Source: Gracilinanus agilis
Lineage: Eukaryota
Direction: 5' to 3'
DNA: 64,000 nt
Assembly (NCBI RefSeq): GCF_016433145.1
Contig: NC_058132.1
Location: 86,926,873-86,990,872 of the forward strand
Translations under genes and position numbers: made by a program
The notes under the pieces: model-generated
Told to the model about the DNA's origin: nothing
The model's database searches: none
What the model saw: only the letters and a program-made list of their open reading frames with translations
Part shown: piece after piece, positions 1-14,092 of the stretch
Layout of the letters: each line of letters opens with the position of its first letter
How positions within the stretch are numbered: the first letter of the stretch is position 1

Positions 1-60
<60 letters not shown>
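1..60. repeat. (AG)n microsatellite, cut by the window edge
   Basis: Pure AG repeat. Confidence 0.99.
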
Positions 61-64
<4 letters not shown>

Positions 65-999
65 TGAGCCGGCTTCTCTGAAATTTCTGGCCACAGGAGT
101 AAGCAAAGTAGTATGGAAATCTGTCCCTAAACAAGGGCCCCAGGAGGCACATCGACTGAGACATGCATTTTCCTGTCACTGCTCTCCCTTTTAATTTTGT
201 CTCTGGGGGTCAGGTAAGAAAAAAACCAACACAACCACAAAACAATTTGCCATGCTTCTAAGACACACCTATGCTAAATTGAGATAAAGGATGGATGGAG
301 ACCAATGTTGATAATGGACTTCAAGGAATTTCTTCAGAAAGAAATTCAAGGAACTTTCATGAAGCTGAGGATTTGTGCTCCAATTTAAACAGTTATGTTT
401 CTAACATAAATGACACATGAATGAACCAGAGCTTCCTTGAATAAAGATATGAAGAGTCCAAATGGTTAGAAAGGTATCTTTCTTCCTCAATTCTCAGTTT
501 TCCAATCTAGGGAATGAACACTGAATAATAAAATTCTTCAAGAGTATTAGAAAGGCATCAGAATGTGGATATTAGCATCTTAAATATTTATAACTTGATG
601 CAAACCAAGATGAACAATAGCAACATAACAAGAACAATGAAAATCACCTCCAAGCTTCTTTGCCCCCTCCCAAACCACAACCACCTGTCACTATTCCTAT
701 AGAAGGTGGTGATGAAGAAGGAGAGTAGATAGATTCTCCTGGTGCAGGCAGATATATCCTTTTAATGGGGATTATGGCTATACTTTCCTAGGGTTGGTAG
801 GGTTTGTAAAGGTCTTTAATCACTCAATCTACCAATAAGCATTTATTAGGCAACTACTATGTTCCAGGGACTGTGCTAGATATACAAATGCTAAACTGAG
901 AAAATTCCTAATCTTTTTTGTTACTATTTAGTTTTGTTTTTTTATGTAAAATAATATAATATATAATATAACCATAATGCAATATATGTAATAAATTAT

Positions 1000-1890
1000 A
1001 ATAAATATGCTTATCCAAAAGAAACAAATTCTCAAATTAACTATGGCCAAAAATTGGACACTTTTTTACCCTTCTTTCCCCCATTCTTCCCCAAGAAGAC
1101 AGGCAATATTATATAGGTCATACACTTATTATCATATAATATGTATTTCCCTATTAATCATGTTGTGAAACAAAATGCTTATTGTTTACACTAGTGAAAA
1201 ATCCATGGAGGAAATAAAGCAAAAGATTGGTATGTTTCAATTTGCATTTGGACACCGTCTGCTCCTTCTCTAGCAGTGGATAGTTTTTTTCATCACAAGT
1301 CCCTTGGAGTTGTTTTAGATCCTTTCCTTGTTGATAATAGCTGCCATTCACAGTTGTTGATCATCATACATTATTTCTGACACTATACAATGTTCTCCTG
1401 GTTTTGCTCACTTCACTTTGCATTGCATCATGGAAGTCTGAAGGTTATTCTTGTTTTCACCTTGTTTGTCATTTCTTATGGCACAATAGTATTACTCTAT
1501 TACAATCATATGCCACCACTTGTCCAGCCATTCTTCAGTTGAAGTACATTCCTTCAATTTCCAGTTCTTTGCCACCACGAAGAGAACTGCTATAAATATT
1601 TTAGAACATATAGCTTCTTTTTAAAAAAAAAAAAACCCTCACCTTCCATCTTAGAATCAATACTGGGTATTGGCTCCAAGGCAGAAGAGTGGTAAGGGCT
1701 AGGAAATGGGGATTAAGTGACTTGCCCAGGGTCACACAGCTAGGAAGTGTCTGAGGCCAGATTTGAACCCAGGACCTCCTATCTCTGGGCCTGACTCTCA
1801 ATCCACTGAACCATCCAGCTGCTGCAGAACATTTATAGCTTCTATTCCTTTTTCCTCTATCACCTTAGGAAATAAACCTAATAGTTGTAT
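1000..1890 (-). mobile_element. Old L1 3' end (ORF2 C-terminus and 3'UTR), interrupted by a SINE
   Basis: Reverse-complement L1 tail motifs such as TTCCAGTTCTTTGCCACCACGAAGAGAACTGCTATAAATATT. Confidence 0.75.
1619..1823 (-). mobile_element. SINE1_Mdo-type SINE
   Basis: Typical body; flanking near-duplicate AGAACAT(T)TATAGCTTCT is a probable TSD. Confidence 0.9.
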
Positions 1891-1891
1891 T

Positions 1892-2108
1892 CTTTGTTTC
1901 TTATTTATTTGTTCCTAATCCTTTCCCTTTCATCTTAAAATAAATACCAAGTATTCATTCCAAAGCACAAGAACTGGAAGGGCCAGGCAATGGGGACAAG
2001 TGACTTGCCCAGGGTCACATAGCTAGAAAGTGTCTGAAGCTAGATTTGAACCTAGAATCTGCCATCTCTAGGTTTGATTCTCTGTCCACTGAGCCATGAC
2101 CTACGCCC
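1892..2108 (-). mobile_element. SINE1_Mdo-type SINE (older)
   Basis: GTGACTTGCCCAGGGTCACA core and B-box-like GATTTGAACC. Confidence 0.85.
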
Positions 2109-4869
2109 TTGTAGTGGTATTCTTAAGGGGCTTACATGCTATTGGAGAAAGCATTGTTGACATATCTAAGAATATTATGTTACATATAGAAGTATAATAA
2201 TGTATTACATTCAAATAAATATAAAATATGTTTATATTGAGAGAATAAACACAAAATCAATATGTTTTAGTTAAGTACAATTTAGAGAAGTAGAATACTA
2301 GATATTGGGGGTCAATAGGTCAGGAAGTTCTTTGTTCAGATGATGTGTGAGTTCTATATTAAAAGTTAAAAGAGCGATTCTATGAAGTGGAGGAGAGGAA
2401 AGAGTGCATTCCAGATATGAGGGGCAGGCAATAGAAAGGCATGGAGATTGGAGCTGGAGTATCATATGTGACATACAAAGAGCCTTTGGGCTGTACCATG
2501 CAATTCAAGAAAAAGAGTATATAGTGCAGTGGATAGTCCTGGAGTCAGAAATTCTGAGTTCAAGTCCAGTCTTAGACACTTACTTGCTGTGTGCCCCTGA
2601 CAAATCACTTAACCTCTATTTGTCTCAGTTTCTCCAACTATAAAATGGGGATAATACTAGCACCTATCTCCCAAGGTTATGAGGATCATACAAGATAAAT
2701 AATTAGAAAGCCTTTAGCACAGAGCCTTACATGCAGTAAGTGTTATAGAAATGATAGTTGTGATATTGCTTATAAAGAGATAGGTTGAAACTTGGTTGTG
2801 AAGGGCAAAAATCTCAGCTGAGAAGATTTTTTTTATTATTTTATATTTGAGATGATGGATAGCTACTTAAATATACTTAGTAGAGAAATGACATAGTTTG
2901 TAATTAAGGAAAATCATTTTGACAGCTGTTTTAGAGAGGAGACAACAAGGAAATCAATCAAGATTCCATTTCAAGAATGTAGATAAGAGATCAAATTTGA
3001 TAAACCTAGCTATTATCAGTGATTCAATGATCCAGGACAATTATGAGGGACTTTTGACAATGAATGTTATTCACCTCCACAGAAGGAACTGTTGGAGTCA
3101 GAATGAAGACAAAAGTTCACCATTTTTCAATTGTTTATTTGGGGTTATGTTTTGGGGGTTTGGTTTTATAAGATTATTCACAAAAATGAACAATATGGAA
3201 ATATATTTTGCACGATTATCCATGATCAAATCACCTGCCAGCACCAGGATGGGGAAGGGAAGATAAGTTCAGTCATATAACTTAGGAAACTTGTGTTGAA
3301 ATTCATTATGTGTAATTGGCAAAAAATACAAAACACAAAAGAGGAAATAAATCAATAAAGGTCATAATGGGGAGGGGGGAAGAAAATGAACAAGAGGGGA
3401 TAAGGACCTAAAAGTATATTTCACCCAGAAATAGTAATCAAGGATTGCTTCAGGTGGTATATCAATGTAACCTTATCTTGGTGGACTTGTAAATGAAATA
3501 TAAACAATTAGAACTTATGTTGGGAGACATCATTTTAAATGGTGACTGCTCTTAATTTGGGGTCAGTAAGGAGAATAAAATATAGAGAACAGTTTTCCCA
3601 TGCAAAACAAAAAAGAAAGATAAAGGCTCAAAAGGAGATAGTGGCTATGTCAGTAGAAAGAGTCAGAAATCAAAGATATTTAAGAGTTAGAAATTGCAAG
3701 TTTGAAGTTCTCTTCCCCTCTCTTTAAGGGTTTTGCTTGCAATGGGCGCACAGTCCCGCTAGAGGGCATATCCCACTAGACTTCAGAACAATTGTGAGCC
3801 TTGGACACAAACCTAGATTCAGTATAATTGAGGATAAACACAAAGAAACAAATTTAGAGGTCTTGAAGATTACATATTTTAAAAACATATACATACATAT
3901 ATTGTACATATATGTGCATGTTTATATATACACATGTGTGTGTCTATGCTTTACTATACATGCACATATGTGTATGTGTATGCTTGTGTGTGTTTACATG
4001 TGATGATGTAATGTTTAGTGGAAGAAATGGAGAGAGAAGTAAATAAGCATTCTGAATCTGAAGGGGACTTTCAGAAAGTACCAACATTTGAAATAATTCA
4101 CAATTTCAGGCTTGTCTTCCCACCTCTGGGCATGGAGGTATACCCATACTGCTACCTCGCTGTCCCCGTTATCATTTATTCTTACTGTGAATTGTTTCTA
4201 GCGCCAGAATAGCTTGAAATTGTGAATTTCTCAAATGTGAATCAAAAGAGTTAGTATTACTATTGTTATTATTTTTTGTTATGGTTATCATTTCTTCTTG
4301 TTTTGAATTAATTGTCTTAAGCACTAGTATAACTTGAAATTATGAGTTTCTCAAATATTAGTCAAAAGTAGTTATTGTTATTATTATTTTATCATTATTG
4401 TTGTTGCTGTTACTCTTCTCATTTCTTCTTGCCACAGATTTACCCAGCCCTTGCCACCGTTTTTTCTTAGAACTGATACTAAGTTAGAAGATAAGGATTT
4501 TTAAAAAAAGAAGAAATTATAATAATGACAATAAAAGCAGCAATAACATGAACTACTTTTGACTAACATTTAGAGAAACTTTTGATTTCAGGTCATACTA
4601 TTGCTAGAGACAATTCATAGCAAAAAATGATAATAATCACAGTAATGATAATGGCAATAACAATAATTTCTACTTATGTTCATTTTTAATTTTTGGCATA
4701 CAGTTTTATTGGCATAGGGAACTCCCTAAGAGGAGACAATCTTTTCCTTTGCAAATGAATACCTATTCTGAAAATTATAGTCCCAGAAAATTGTCTGAGG
4801 GCACTGAGAGGTTCAGTGACTTTCCTAGGGCCATACAACTGCCATATGTCAGAAAAAAGATTTAATCTC

Positions 4870-5703
4870 TGTTATAACAACCTCTGGGAAGAAGGGGCAA
4901 AAGACAGTTGCTACCACCACTATAAAAACTCAGGAGCTGATCCTTTCGGGGTCTCATTCTTGAGAAGAGCCCCAGGAGGTGGGTGGGTAGGCCAATAGAC
5001 CTGCATCACTAGCATCTTTACCTTATTGCCTCAAATATCAATTCACCTGTTGCTGAATAGGGCTGAGAGATATACTGCTAACATCTATCATCAAGAAGAA
5101 CATCTCAAACCCTCATTTACTTGGTCAAGGCCACGGCTGGACCTGACCAGGGACTGAGAGGGAGAGAAACCTTTCCAGCCAGCTGCCAACTTGATTAGCC
5201 AACTCTAGCATCCATAGTTTAGCATAGCCATCCCCAGCACCACTTTCCTTATCCTGGATCCTACCCCTTTGAGTTTATTAGAAATAAACCCTTGAATTAA
5301 CTTAAGTGAAGACTGGTGTCATTCTAAAGAGCAACCTATTAGCTACAACTAAGGGGAAAGGGAAATATTTGTTTAAATCGCAGTCATTTGCATTATCCGA
5401 CCTTATTGCCAATTAATCTCATCATAAAATCTTATCTATTAACCCAACCCCAAGCCAAGTAACCAGAGGAGCTGTGTGGCCTAATGTACACCTTCTCACT
5501 CAATCACTTTGGCTTCGGCACTGTTAGGTGGGGTTAGGTGTTCAGCTGAGACAAACATTTATAAGCCCTGGTGGGTACCAGCACACCTTGGGGAACCTTC
5601 AGGCATCCCATTCCTCACTCAGCTTAGATCCATATACCATCTGAGGATCTTGGGCCACCTCCATCAGGCCCATCCCACAGAAGCATCATATCCCCCATTA
5701 TAA
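4870..5703 (+). mobile_element. Solo ERV LTR, same family as 42602-43643
   Basis: TG start, TATAAAA near 4921, AATAAA near 5283. Aligns end to end with the reverse complement of 42602-43643. Possible TSD AATCTC/AATCCC. Confidence 0.8.
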
Positions 5704-6010
5704 AATCCCAAGTATTTCTCACTCCAAAATTCCCCTTTATCCACTAGGAAATATATTGCTTTTCACTGACGATCATATAGTCCTTTAAAGTTTTCAATAA
5801 CTTTATACAAGTTACCTTTACTGACATCCACAAGAATATCATGTTATATAAGAAAAATTTTATTATTTCATTTAGGAAACTGAGGTTCAAAGAAGTTGAA
5901 TAATTTGTACATAGTTATAGAGCAAAGTATGACTGAGATGAGATTTGAACCTAGATCTTATTCACTCTAACTCAAGTATTTTGTCCAATCTATTTTTAAC
6001 AGTTTAGTTC

Positions 6011-6192
6011 TTTTTTTTAATCCCTACTTTTTATCTCATTAATAACTCTTAGACAGAAGGGCAAAGGCTAGGCAAATAAAGTTAAGTGACTGGCCCAGGA
6101 TTCTCCAGCTAGGAAATTTCTACAGTCATATTTGAATTCAGATCCACCTGACTCCAGGCCTGATGCTTTTCCTACAGTGCCACCTAGCTGCC
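6011..6192 (-). mobile_element. SINE1_Mdo-type SINE
   Basis: Degenerate body with T-rich tail on the left. Confidence 0.8.
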
Positions 6193-6817
6193 TTACTAGC
6201 TTAGTTCTTGAATATTGGAATGAATCTGAAATGAAATTGAAAAGGGAGAAATGTCATATTGTACATGAATTCAGAATATCAGCTACACAAAAATAGCATA
6301 ACCAATAGTATCTAATGATAGAGTGCATAAATATAGCGCTTTAAGATTTGCAAAATGCTTTATAAATATTATATCATTTGATTCTTCTAATAGCAGTTGG
6401 AGATAAATCTAATTATTATCCTCATTTTATAATTGAGGAAACTGAGGCAGAGATTTAAGTGACTTGCCCACGGTCATGCAACTATAAAGTATGAGAGACT
6501 TAATTTGAAATCAGGTCTCCTGACTGTACTATGCCTTGTGCCACAATTGCTGCCTAAAATTAAAGATAATATGGTGCAGAACAGTGTGAATGAGCAAGAT
6601 CTTGGGATTTCGGCATTAGATCTAGCTTAAAATGATTAAAATAAAAAGGAAGAAAGATTAAAAACTTGAGATCAGAAGAAAAGATTTTCTTTACATTTTC
6701 TATCATCAGTGCTAAAGTGTTAATTTCCCTTGTCATATTTGATCTTTCTAGTTTTATCATTCTTTATTTCTTGTTTCAATTTCTCCAGGCATTGCTATAG
6801 TCCCCATGATTAAGACA

Positions 6818-7410
6818 TGTTTTGCTCTGAGGATTTACTTGGAACTGTGGTGCAGCCACTAATCCTTTTGGTGTTTATCCACTTTTCAGCTTTCAGATCA
6901 CAGTACTTCTTTTTGGTATTCAGTTTTCCTTGGGTCATTCATGAAGGGATTTGTTCTTGGCAGGGCCTTCATAGTCCTGAGTACAGTGGGTTAGAGGAAG
7001 AAAAACCTGGTCTTTCCAGGGATTCTAGGTCTGCTCCAATGATGGATTCTGCCAAGAGCCTCCCTCACATCATAGGACTCTGAGACTTCTCCCCACTCTC
7101 TTGGATCTGCCTGGGACCTGCCCCTCACTGCTTGGCTCAGGGGCTACCTACATGCTGACCTCCTGCCATAGGCCTCAAGAACTAATCTAGTTGTAACTTG
7201 ACTAAGTTCTTTCTCCCATAACTGAGCTAGGCCACCATTGCCCACTGGACTCCACCTGAAACAGTCCAAGATTGCTCTTGCTGATTGGCTGGGCCTGAGT
7301 AGGAGGGTACTGGGAAAAGCCCACTTAAGGTTTTGTTTGGCTCAGGCTCCAGTGCTGAGAGGGAGTAATGAATATGAGACTTTACTAATCCAGATAATGT
7401 CCAGAGCAAT
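6818..7410. mobile_element. Probable old LTR-like element
   Basis: GC-richer block of about 590 bp with short inverted ends (TTGCTCTG...CAGAGCAA); family not recognised. Confidence 0.35.
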
Positions 7411-7689
7411 GAATTGACTCAATTAACCCAAACTTATAGTAGCAATGGGCCATGTTGTAGAGAACTTTAAATGCCAAAGAATTTTAAATTTGCTCCTTTA
7501 GTTTATAAGGAACCACTGGAATTTTTGAGTGTTTGTATAGTGAAATGGCCAGTCCTGTGCTTTAGGAAAATTACTTTGGCCACAGAATGAAGAATGGTTT
7601 ACAATATGGAGAAACTTGAATCAGAGAAACCAACTAGAAGTTTATTGCAAGAGTGCAAGTGAAACACATTGCTAGTGGAGTTGTGAATT

Positions 7690-7850
7690 AATCCAACTAT
7701 TCTGGGGGGCAATTTGGAATTTTGCACAAAGGGCTTTAAAAGCAGCCTGCCCTTTGACCCAACCATACCACTGCTGGGTTTGTACCCCAAAGAGATAATA
7801 AGAAAAAATACTTGTACAAAAATATTTATAGCTGCGCTCTTTGTGGTGTC
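7690..7850 (+). mobile_element. Young L1 ORF2 C-terminal fragment
   Basis: CCCTTTGACCCAACCATACCACTGCTGGGTTTGTACCCCAAAGAG (PFDPTIPLLGLYPKE). Confidence 0.85.
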
Positions 7851-7859
7851 ATTCCTGTC

Positions 7860-9120
7860 TCCTACTCACCCTTCTGAATCCACATATAATATTTAATTTA
7901 ACTCCTCTGGTTTTCCCATAAGAGTAGCATAAATTTATAGTGGACCCAGTCAGAACAGTTGCATAATATTTTCAACTTTCATTCATCAGGACATGAAGTG
8001 ATCCAAGGCTGAGGCCTATCTGGGTATAATTGGTAACATGATAAGGGAGCTAGGGATTCAAGAGAGGAAAACAGTAAAGTTGAGTTGGTTTATCAAGGAA
8101 TCAAGATGTCGATTTGGGCTAGACAAGGAGATGTCAGAATTCTTGAACATGGATGTGGTACATTTGTCTGTGATGGTAAGATCAAGGAGATGACCATATT
8201 TGTGTGCAACTAAGTTGGGGAGGGGTGAAGAAGTAGCTCATAAGAGGTAAGAAGCTTGAGGAACTGAGTAGTCGAGGCTATTTGAGAGAATAAATATATA
8301 TATATTGAAGTTCCCTAATATGATGGCAGAAAAAAAATTGTAAGCTAGGTATTTAATTCATTGGGGAAGGAAAAGGAGTTTCATGAGTGTCTATAGATGA
8401 CAGCATCCAGTATTTTGGTTGGGTAGTAGCTCTGAGTAGTATGAATTTCAGAGAGAATGCACTAAGTAATGGAAGAAGGGGTAGAACCTGCATGTAGCAA
8501 TGGGCAGCTATGAATATTCCAACTCCCCTGCCTCAACCAGTGAGTTGAGGAGAATAAGAGAAGGTGTAGCCCATGCTGGAAAGGATGGACAGCGAAGCAG
8601 TGTCATCAGGTAAAAGCCAGGTTTCAATAAGAACTAGTAGGTGGAAGGAGTGGGAGAGGTATAGAGTTAAGATGAAGGGAAGTTTGTTTACTGTAGAACA
8701 GGCATTAGAGAAGTCACAGTGCCTGGGAAGTGGGGAGATAGGATGAAATATTGGGTTAGGAGGAATGAGGGAGATAGAAATGAGGAACTAGATAGGATAG
8801 GAAGTGTGAAATGGGGATTATGTGGTGCTCTATAGGAATTCAGAGTCCCTGGGATGTGAAGGGTATGATCAGGTGTGAGAAAGTTCATCAATGAGTAGAA
8901 AGTGACACTACTCTACTCTCAAAGGACAGAAGAAATAAGAAACGTAGGGCTTGGGGTCAAAGTAAGGGTTGTATTCTGCACTCAAGATTCTCCATATCCT
9001 ATTTGGAATATTGGGCTCGCAGTTGAAGGTAAAAGATGCTTTGTGCTGGTACAGAGGGAAGTGGTTACTTTGAGGTAGGTGGAAGATGCCTCACTTGGCC
9101 CCAAGCAGCCTTTTCTCATG
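7860..9120 (-). mobile_element. Degraded L2 ORF2 endonuclease region
   Basis: Minus-strand remnants AVIYR (near 8390-8406) and IILGNFNI (near 8303-8326), typical of L2 APE domains. Confidence 0.65.
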
Positions 9121-12100
9121 GAACTCACTAAACTGAACAAGACATGGAAGGCTCAGGGAGATAGTGCGACCATGCCATATACTGTTATGTGAAGCATGTC
9201 GCACATTTATGGGAGAGTGTGCCCCAAGTTTACAAGGAAAATATTTTAATATTACTTTTCTTGATGTTATTCCCTTAAATACCTCTGATTTTAATTAAGT
9301 GTCTTTTGACTTAAATACATTGGTGAGGGCTCATGATGTATGATTTTGGTAAATGTAGACATACAGGGTACCTCAAACTTGGAATAAGTCCTTGCATTTA
9401 CCCCAAGTGCAACAAAAACACAGTATCTGTATTAAAGGGACTTAAAATCTAGTAGGAGAATAAAATGTGCAACAAATACATATAATACATTTGAATGAGA
9501 AAAGTACATAGGAGAGGTCAAGCACAGAGTTCCCTATTCTTGGGAATATGAGGAAATGTCTTACTGAAGTGATATCAGCTAAAATGGGGGTTATGTTAGT
9601 CTTATCCAAAGATACATCCAGTCAAGTAGTCAAATTTGCTGGAATGTAAATTGAATGAAAGAAAGTAATATGAAGGAAGGCTGAGAAGGTAGATTGAAAC
9701 CGAAAGTTAGAAGCTCTTGAATGCTTGAGTAAAACAGTTCTACTTTAGGCAATTAGGAACTTCTCAAGACTTTTAAGTAGGGAGGTAACACTCTCAGAAC
9801 AAGACTTAGCAAGTTTACCTTGAAGACATGATATGGAAATTGAAGGGGGAAGAAGATGGAAATTTTGACTAAGTTGACTACTGTAATTTAAGTGTAATAA
9901 TAGAGATCGAAACTACAACTTATCGGTGGGAGTGGAGAGAAGAGAATGCATGGGAAGCATGTTATATAGTTAGATATAATAGGACTTGATAAGTCATTAA
10001 ATGTGAAGAAAGGTGTGAAGGTGTAAGAGTCTAACTTGAACCTACACCTTCAAGCCTTGGCCACCTGGAGGATGGTGGTGTTAGCCACAGAAAAAAAGGA
10101 ACCAGAATAGGAGCAGATTTGGGGAAGAAGACAAACATAATTAAGACATTGGAGGAGTTGATGGGAAACTCAGGTATCCAGAAGGTACCCTGGAGGAAAT
10201 GTAGGACTAGGCATTGATAGATAATGATACTACTTCCTTTTTTCAGCAATATGAGTTCTTAAAGGCACCCATTGTCACCATCAAAATGGACATCTGATGC
10301 AGTCTCATCTTCTTTCTCTTGAAAAAAATTTGAGAAAATCTGACAATAAGCAATTTCTTAAGTAATAAATCTAAATTTTATTTTCAATAGCATATGACTT
10401 TATAATTCAATAGCATATGACTTTATAATTAGTTCATATGGAATGAGTAAAATTTGATAGTGCTATAAGACTTATAAAATTATAGATAAAATGATAGATT
10501 CATAGAATCTTAGAGTTGGAAGGGACCCCAGAGATCATCTAGCCCAACTCATACCTAAACATCCTTGCTAATTACATTTAATAAATTATCATCTGGGGTG
10601 TACTTGAAAAATTCTAGCAATGAGAAACTCACTGCCTAACAATAGTCTGTTCCAAAATTAATAATTTATAATTTTTAAAAAGTTATTTCTTATATTGAGG
10701 TGAAATTAGCTTCTCTGAAACTTTCTTCCCTCATGTCAAGTTCTGCCCTCTGGGCCCACTAGAATTAATCAAATAGTTATAAAGATTATATAAAAATTTA
10801 GAAACTTTTTGGCCAGAATACTTTCTTAAACGGTTGATGCTCTGGGGTCCTTCTCTCTATGCCTTCCTATGTCCCCCATTTGGGACTTGGTATTTTCTGT
10901 GGACCATAGAGCTTCTCTTCCTCTAGTCTTAGTAATATGGATGTAATTTCCCTTTTATCATTGCTGCCTCCCCCATTTCTTTATGTTCTGGTCCCACCAT
11001 TTGAAGGTCTGTATACTAAGGTATTTCCTACTCTAGTCTCCATGCTCCTTATTTATATAAGGAACCAGTATTGTAGACAGCAAAGGAACTAAAAATGATT
11101 GAGATAAACCTTTCTGACAAAAAAAAGCCAATACAGTGTCTTTGTCTTCCCCTTCCCTTTCTACATCCCCAAAACTCCTTGCCCTAGTCATTGATTTCTT
11201 CTTCAGTTTTTCTTCTTAAATTTCCTTGATTCATTATTTGGTATCAATGCTGGTATGCTACTTGATATTTCTATTGCATGTCCTTGACTATAACAATTTC
11301 TGATGACCTCTATTTTAATAAGCTTTTAATTTATCCATTCATAAAACTATAGAGTCATAAACTTTCCAGGTTACAAACAAAAGGGGAAAGGGAAATGCAT
11401 TTATTAAGGGCCTACTATAAACTAAGCACTGTGCTAATTACTTTACAAAAATCTTTTTTGGTATTTGCAACAACTTTGTGAGAAAGTGGCTAATATTATC
11501 CCCAGGTATTATAGTAGTAGAAACTAAGGCATAAAGGCTAAATGACTTGCCTAGGGTCACACAGTCAGAAAGTCTCTGAAGGTGGGAGCTGAATTCTGGA
11601 CTGCCTAATTCCAGTACTATTGCTCTATCCCTTTCACTACCTAGTTGACTCTGACAAAGGAATCCAAGAGATCATCTAGTACAATCTATATATACAAGCA
11701 GGAATCACTTCCACAAACATGCCTGATCATTTTGCCCCTGCTTAAATATCTCTAATATCCTCTGGGATATCCCATTACACTTTTTGGAGCCCTAATGATT
11801 ACAAAGTTTTTCATTTGATCCAGCCATAATCTGCTTTTTCTATAGATTCCATCTATTACTCCTAATTTGAGTCTCAGGGATAAGCAAAATAAGTCTAATT
11901 AGTCCTTTAAATGATATCCTTTAGAGGCTTTAAAATAGTTATAAGACCTGGCTACGTTTTAGCCTTGCACCCTTAGCATTTGGCTATTGACATTAAGGCA
12001 TTACTGGGGAAAATCCAGTGGCAGTGTGGCTTTCTGATTGTTGTTTGCCTCAGCCAGTTCCCAGATCACAATGTAAAGGGGATAGAAAAGAGAGGACCCT

Positions 12101-13058
12101 GTTGTGGGAGTCAACCAATCTCCTTAACCATTTCTGGGGACAGAATTTGAAGACTATTATAGGATATTCATCTAAAATTGGTAGGTCAAAAGATTATAGA
12201 TTTAGAGCTGAAATGGACTTGATTGGCCCTAGGTTCCAACTACTTCATTTTCATACATGAGGAAACATGCGAGAGGGCTAGAAAAAATCTAATAAATGTC
12301 TAAGTCAGTATTTGAACCAATCTTCCCTACTGTAAGCTAAATAATCTCTCTTCTGTGCTGCCGAGGTGCTTCAAAGAGTAGTTTAAGGGCTCTGAACTAC
12401 AGATCCCCGTAATGTCATCAAACTTTTTCATATAAACTTCATTTTGACATCTGGCAGAATTTGTACTTGCATTTTAGATTCTAAAATATAATCTTAATTT
12501 ATCTGTGAATATGAGACATCTGTGATGAAAGGGAGCCGGTATCAAGACAGATGGACCAGGGGAAAAGGAGATGAGGGGTGATGGGCTATCATGGAGAGAG
12601 AACTGAACTGGAATCCAGGAGACTGCATTCTAGCTGTGACTCTAAAGCAAATTAGCTGGATATCATTCCAGCCTTCAGCTTCTCTACCTCTCTTTTTAGG
12701 AGGCTGGACTTAAAATGAGGAGTTAACAGATGTCCAGTTCTAATATTCCATGCAGAAGAAGAAAGAAGATAAAAAGCTGAGAAATGGAATTAAAAGGATA
12801 TATCATTCTTTAAACCTCTATCATTTAACCTGTGGGCCAAAGCTGTCCCCAGGAAACACATCTCTTCCCTAAATTCTTTGAGGGAGTAGAACATTGGCTT
12901 AGTTGACCTTTAGTGCTATTCTCATCAAAATCTGGGTCACTAACTACTCTATGGTGTCCTGGGTCTTATAATATGACAAAGAAAATCACTGAGATAAAAA
13001 GAGTACAAGAAAGGAGTGGGATGGAAGGTAGACATGACTTTCATTCTCTCTATAGTAG

Positions 13059-13997
13059 TTACTCTTTCTGAACAAAGACTTTTAGTACACGGTCTCGTAT
13101 TTGCTTAGTCCTAACTCCATAGATGATGGGGTTGAGTGCAGGTGGAACAACAACATACAGATTAGCCAGGAGGATGTGAATGTATCGGGGGATGTTCCGG
13201 CCAAATCGGTGGGTCATAAAAGAGAAAAAAGCTGGTGTATAGAAGCACAGCATGACACAGACATGGGAACCACAAGTATTGAGAGCCTTAAGTCGGGCAT
13301 CACGAGAGGGGAGCCGAAAAACAGCTCGGAGGATAAGCATATAGGAAGTAGCTATCAGGATCACATCCACTATTATGTTGGAAATCACCATCAACCCATA
13401 AATAATATTGACCTTGATGTTTGCACAGGCCAATCGAGCAAGGCCCATGTGTTCACAGTAGGTGTGAGGAATGATATGATGCCCACAGAATGGCAGTCGC
13501 AGAATGAGAAACACAAATGGGGTAACCAGAATTAGATTCCTCCCAACAACAACTGAGGCTAATATGATGATGGTTTTGTTGGTAAGAATCATAGTATATT
13601 GGAGGGGATTGCAGATGGCCACAAAACGGTCATAGGCCATGGCTACCAAAAGAACTGTCTCCATGCCTGTAAACATGTGAATGAAGAACATCTGGAGGAG
13701 ACAACCAGCAAAACTTATTTCCCTTAAGCTGAACCAGAAGATGCCCAGCGTCTTGGGGATGGTGGATGTAGACAAACCCAAGTCAATCATTGACAGCATG
13801 GCTAAGAAGTAGAACATAGGTTGGTGGAGACTCCGTTCAGTTTTTATTACTAATAAGATGGTGACATTCCCCACAAGTGCAATCAAGTACACAAGACCGA
13901 AGGGGAAGGCAATCCAAATGTGTATAGATTCCAGCCCTGGGATTCCTAGCAGGAGAAATGTGGAGGGATGGAATTCAGTGCTATTCAGCTGAGACAT
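13059..13997 (-). CDS. OR52E4: Class I olfactory receptor OR-A, OR52E4-like (312 aa, intact 7TM)
   Basis: OR motifs [61 protein letters not shown]. Distinctive segments ([38 protein letters not shown]-terminal FVQKE) match human OR52E4 as I recall it; orthology not computed. Confidence 0.9.
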   Translation of the reverse strand: MSQLNSTEFHPSTFLLLGIPGLESIHIWIAFPFGLVYLIALVGNVTILLVIKTERSLHQPMFYFLAMLSMIDLGLSTSTIPKTLGIFWFSLREISFAGCLLQMFFIHMFTGMETVLLVAMAYDRFVAICNPLQYTMILTNKTIIILASVVVGRNLILVTPFVFLILRLPFCGHHIIPHTYCEHMGLARLACANIKVNIIYGLMVISNIIVDVILIATSYMLILRAVFRLPSRDARLKALNTCGSHVCVMLCFYTPAFFSFMTHRFGRNIPRYIHILLANLYVVVPPALNPIIYGVRTKQIRDRVLKVFVQKE

Positions 13998-14004
13998 TCT
14001 CCTA

Positions 14005-14092
14005 GACTGTAATAGTAGCCAAGAAGAAGAGTAGGAGCGTTTTTCTTTCTAGCAAGGTCCTCTGGCAACCGGGCTCTGGAGAGATACAAAGT
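14005..14092 (-). other. Two candidate splice acceptors upstream of OR-A (exon starts 14075 or 14006)
   Basis: Minus strand TTTGTATCTCTCCAG| and CTCTTCTTCTTGGCTACTATTACAG|, 78 and 9 nt before the ATG. Confidence 0.5.

Noticed and set aside
138-219. O/E-type CCCCAGGAG plus CAG|GTAAGA donor on the plus strand
   Set aside because: No plus-strand OR downstream for 54 kb and the spacing (about 68 nt) differs from the other cassettes; cannot be told from chance.
13101-13535. 144-aa plus-strand ORF, and similar ORFs overlapping the other ORs (22387, 22418, 23127, 23226, 54700, 54968, 55442, 61371)
   Set aside because: Antisense or alternate-frame shadows of OR coding sequence with no independent protein features.
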